From Enoplolaimus lenunculus (Eukaryota): 64,000 bases of DNA. The stretch covers positions 1-64,000 of the forward strand of contig JASANG010001329.1 of the NCBI GenBank assembly GCA_030248215.1. The letters run 5' to 3'. Both the position numbers and the translations under genes were made by a program. How positions within the stretch are numbered: the first letter of the stretch is position 1; the number at the start of each line of letters is the position of its first letter. This document shows positions 62,501 to 64,000 of the stretch, piece after piece. The notes beneath the pieces were generated by a model, which was given only the letters and a program-made list of their open reading frames with translations, was not told the DNA's origin and made no database searches.

Positions 62501-62796
62501 GTTTGCTAAGACATCAATAGCATGACGAACATCAGACAGCAGAAGAAAACGAAAAAATGAGAAACAAACATAAACAAAGCCACTGGGTATAATAGTATTT
62601 TTCTGGCTTAAGTTATCAGATCACTACTGTTTTTATTCTAAAACTGTAGAAGGATATCCCTTTACATCCTACCAGTCACTGTATAGGAAACCTCCAAAAT
62701 ATGACAACGCAACGATTTTAGAAAAAATTTTCAGTTGTTTAAAATAATATCTCATGGGAATGTTGAAAATAAACTAAATATTGAGTAAAAAGTCTG

Positions 62797-62984
62797 GGCC
62801 AATGTAAAGAACAGCGGTGGAACAGTATTATAAGCTTATTCCTAAGACTAAGCCTAAACCTAAGCCTAAGCCTAAGCTTAAGCCTAAGCCTAAGGTTAAG
62901 CCAAGCAAGAAAATAGCATAAAGCTCAAGCTTATTCTATTCTAGTCCCACAGAAAACGTTCCGCCCCTGATCTTTACATGGGCC
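62797..62984. mobile_element. Merlin-like MITE carrying (GCCTAA)n telomere-type repeats; reference copy
   Basis: 27-bp TIR GGCCAATGTAAAGAACAGCGGTGGAAC (4 mismatches between ends), perfect 8-bp TSD AAAGTCTG, internal degenerate AAGCCT array. Confidence 0.85.
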
Positions 62985-63569
62985 AAAGTCTGAAACTTAA
63001 TCCGCTTTTTTGTCGTGTCTCGGAATAAAATTTTAGTCAAAATATAAAATTAAAAAAGCCTGAACTGTAACAGGACGATAGCAGCGCAAATTGATATAAA
63101 TTGTAATAAATTGTTTAGCGATTACCTGAGCTTAATTTTTACTATTCGTTTATAGTCTATAAACTTTATTCAGATTCAGATTATATACGTGGATCGATCT
63201 CATGTTAAAAATTGCACTTTCTAGCAGGACAAGACCGGTGTGTGTATGAAAGACAATCACCCCAGAATCCGCAAACAAGATCCACCAACGATAATGGTTG
63301 AAAGTGTACCGTCGATTGTTTTGACAATTACCCCTAGCACTACGGTTAGTTTTTTTGACAGCCTACCACAACGAAAAAGCGAAACACAACACACATTGTA
63401 CCCGGAGTCGAATAACTATAAAAAACCTGCTTCGTGAGCACACAACTTTTGTGGTCTATTTTGCGTATAAAAAAATGGGCGTGAATTGGGTCGTAGTGGT
63501 GGTGCTCTCTCTGGGAACGCACTAAATTACCGGATAAAGCCATGTGGTGATAAAACTAAATACAGATAC

Positions 63570-63690
63570 GCTATATATATAGATATATATAGATATATAT
63601 TATATATATTATATATATACAGATATATATAATATAGACATGTAAATATAAAATGTATGTATAGAATCAATGTATGTATGCATACTTAAT
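63570..63690. repeat. (TA)n/(TATG)n low-complexity microsatellite
   Basis: Direct inspection. Confidence 0.85.
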
Positions 63691-63724
63691 ACACATTTAA
63701 AGTAAATATATAAATAAACAAATA

Positions 63725-64000
63725 TTCGTATACATTCCGAGGGATGCCAAGGAATGAGAGGCTGAAACGTCACCACGGAGACACAGCTGTAAAGTTAAAG
63801 GTGAAAATTAAAATTGCTGCCCACTCTCAGCTCCCTGAACTTCACTAGATGGTGGCCCTTTAATCAGGATGAGAGGGCACCCGAGTCCGGAGTGGGTACA
63901 TCCCTAGCCGACATCCTTGGAGATAATCGCGAAACTCCATAAGGTCCAGTGTGTATGCAGCAAAAGCGAACTAACGGAATCCGAACCCCCGACGAGCGTT
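63725..64000 (-). mobile_element. Probable tRNA-derived SINE running off the window end
   Basis: Minus strand B-box-like GGTTCGGATTCC followed by CGCTTTTGCTGC, a GC-richer body, ending at the (TA)n/(CATA)n simple repeat. Confidence 0.45.

Overview
AT-rich, intron-containing animal genomic DNA. It is probably a nematode: TTAGGC telomere-type repeats, TTTCAG/TTTTAG acceptors and an N-terminally extended APC11 point that way, but the taxon is an inference. Five spliced host genes can be reconstructed by hand: MZT1 (+), ANAPC11 (+), MRGBP/Eaf7 (-), LTV1 (+, 11 coding exons) and an alpha-arrestin/ARRDC (-). The rest is dense in transposable elements. There is an apparently intact 5.6-kb L1/Tx1-type LINE whose ORF1 carries a NADAR (YbiA-like) domain after the usual RRM-like and CCHC parts; this is the most unusual item. 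A decayed 6.6-kb hAT element with nested insertions fills LTV1 intron 2, including an RNase H-type LINE fragment with a 366-bp tandem duplication. Several MITE families occur: GG-terminal, 8-bp-TSD Merlin-like MITEs carrying telomeric repeats; CAGGG hAT MITEs; TTAA piggyBac-like MITEs carrying Pol III A/B boxes; TA and TTA MITEs. There are also DINE-1/HINE-like elements, tRNA-derived sequences and minisatellites. All calls come from manual reading and motif recall; no searches were run.
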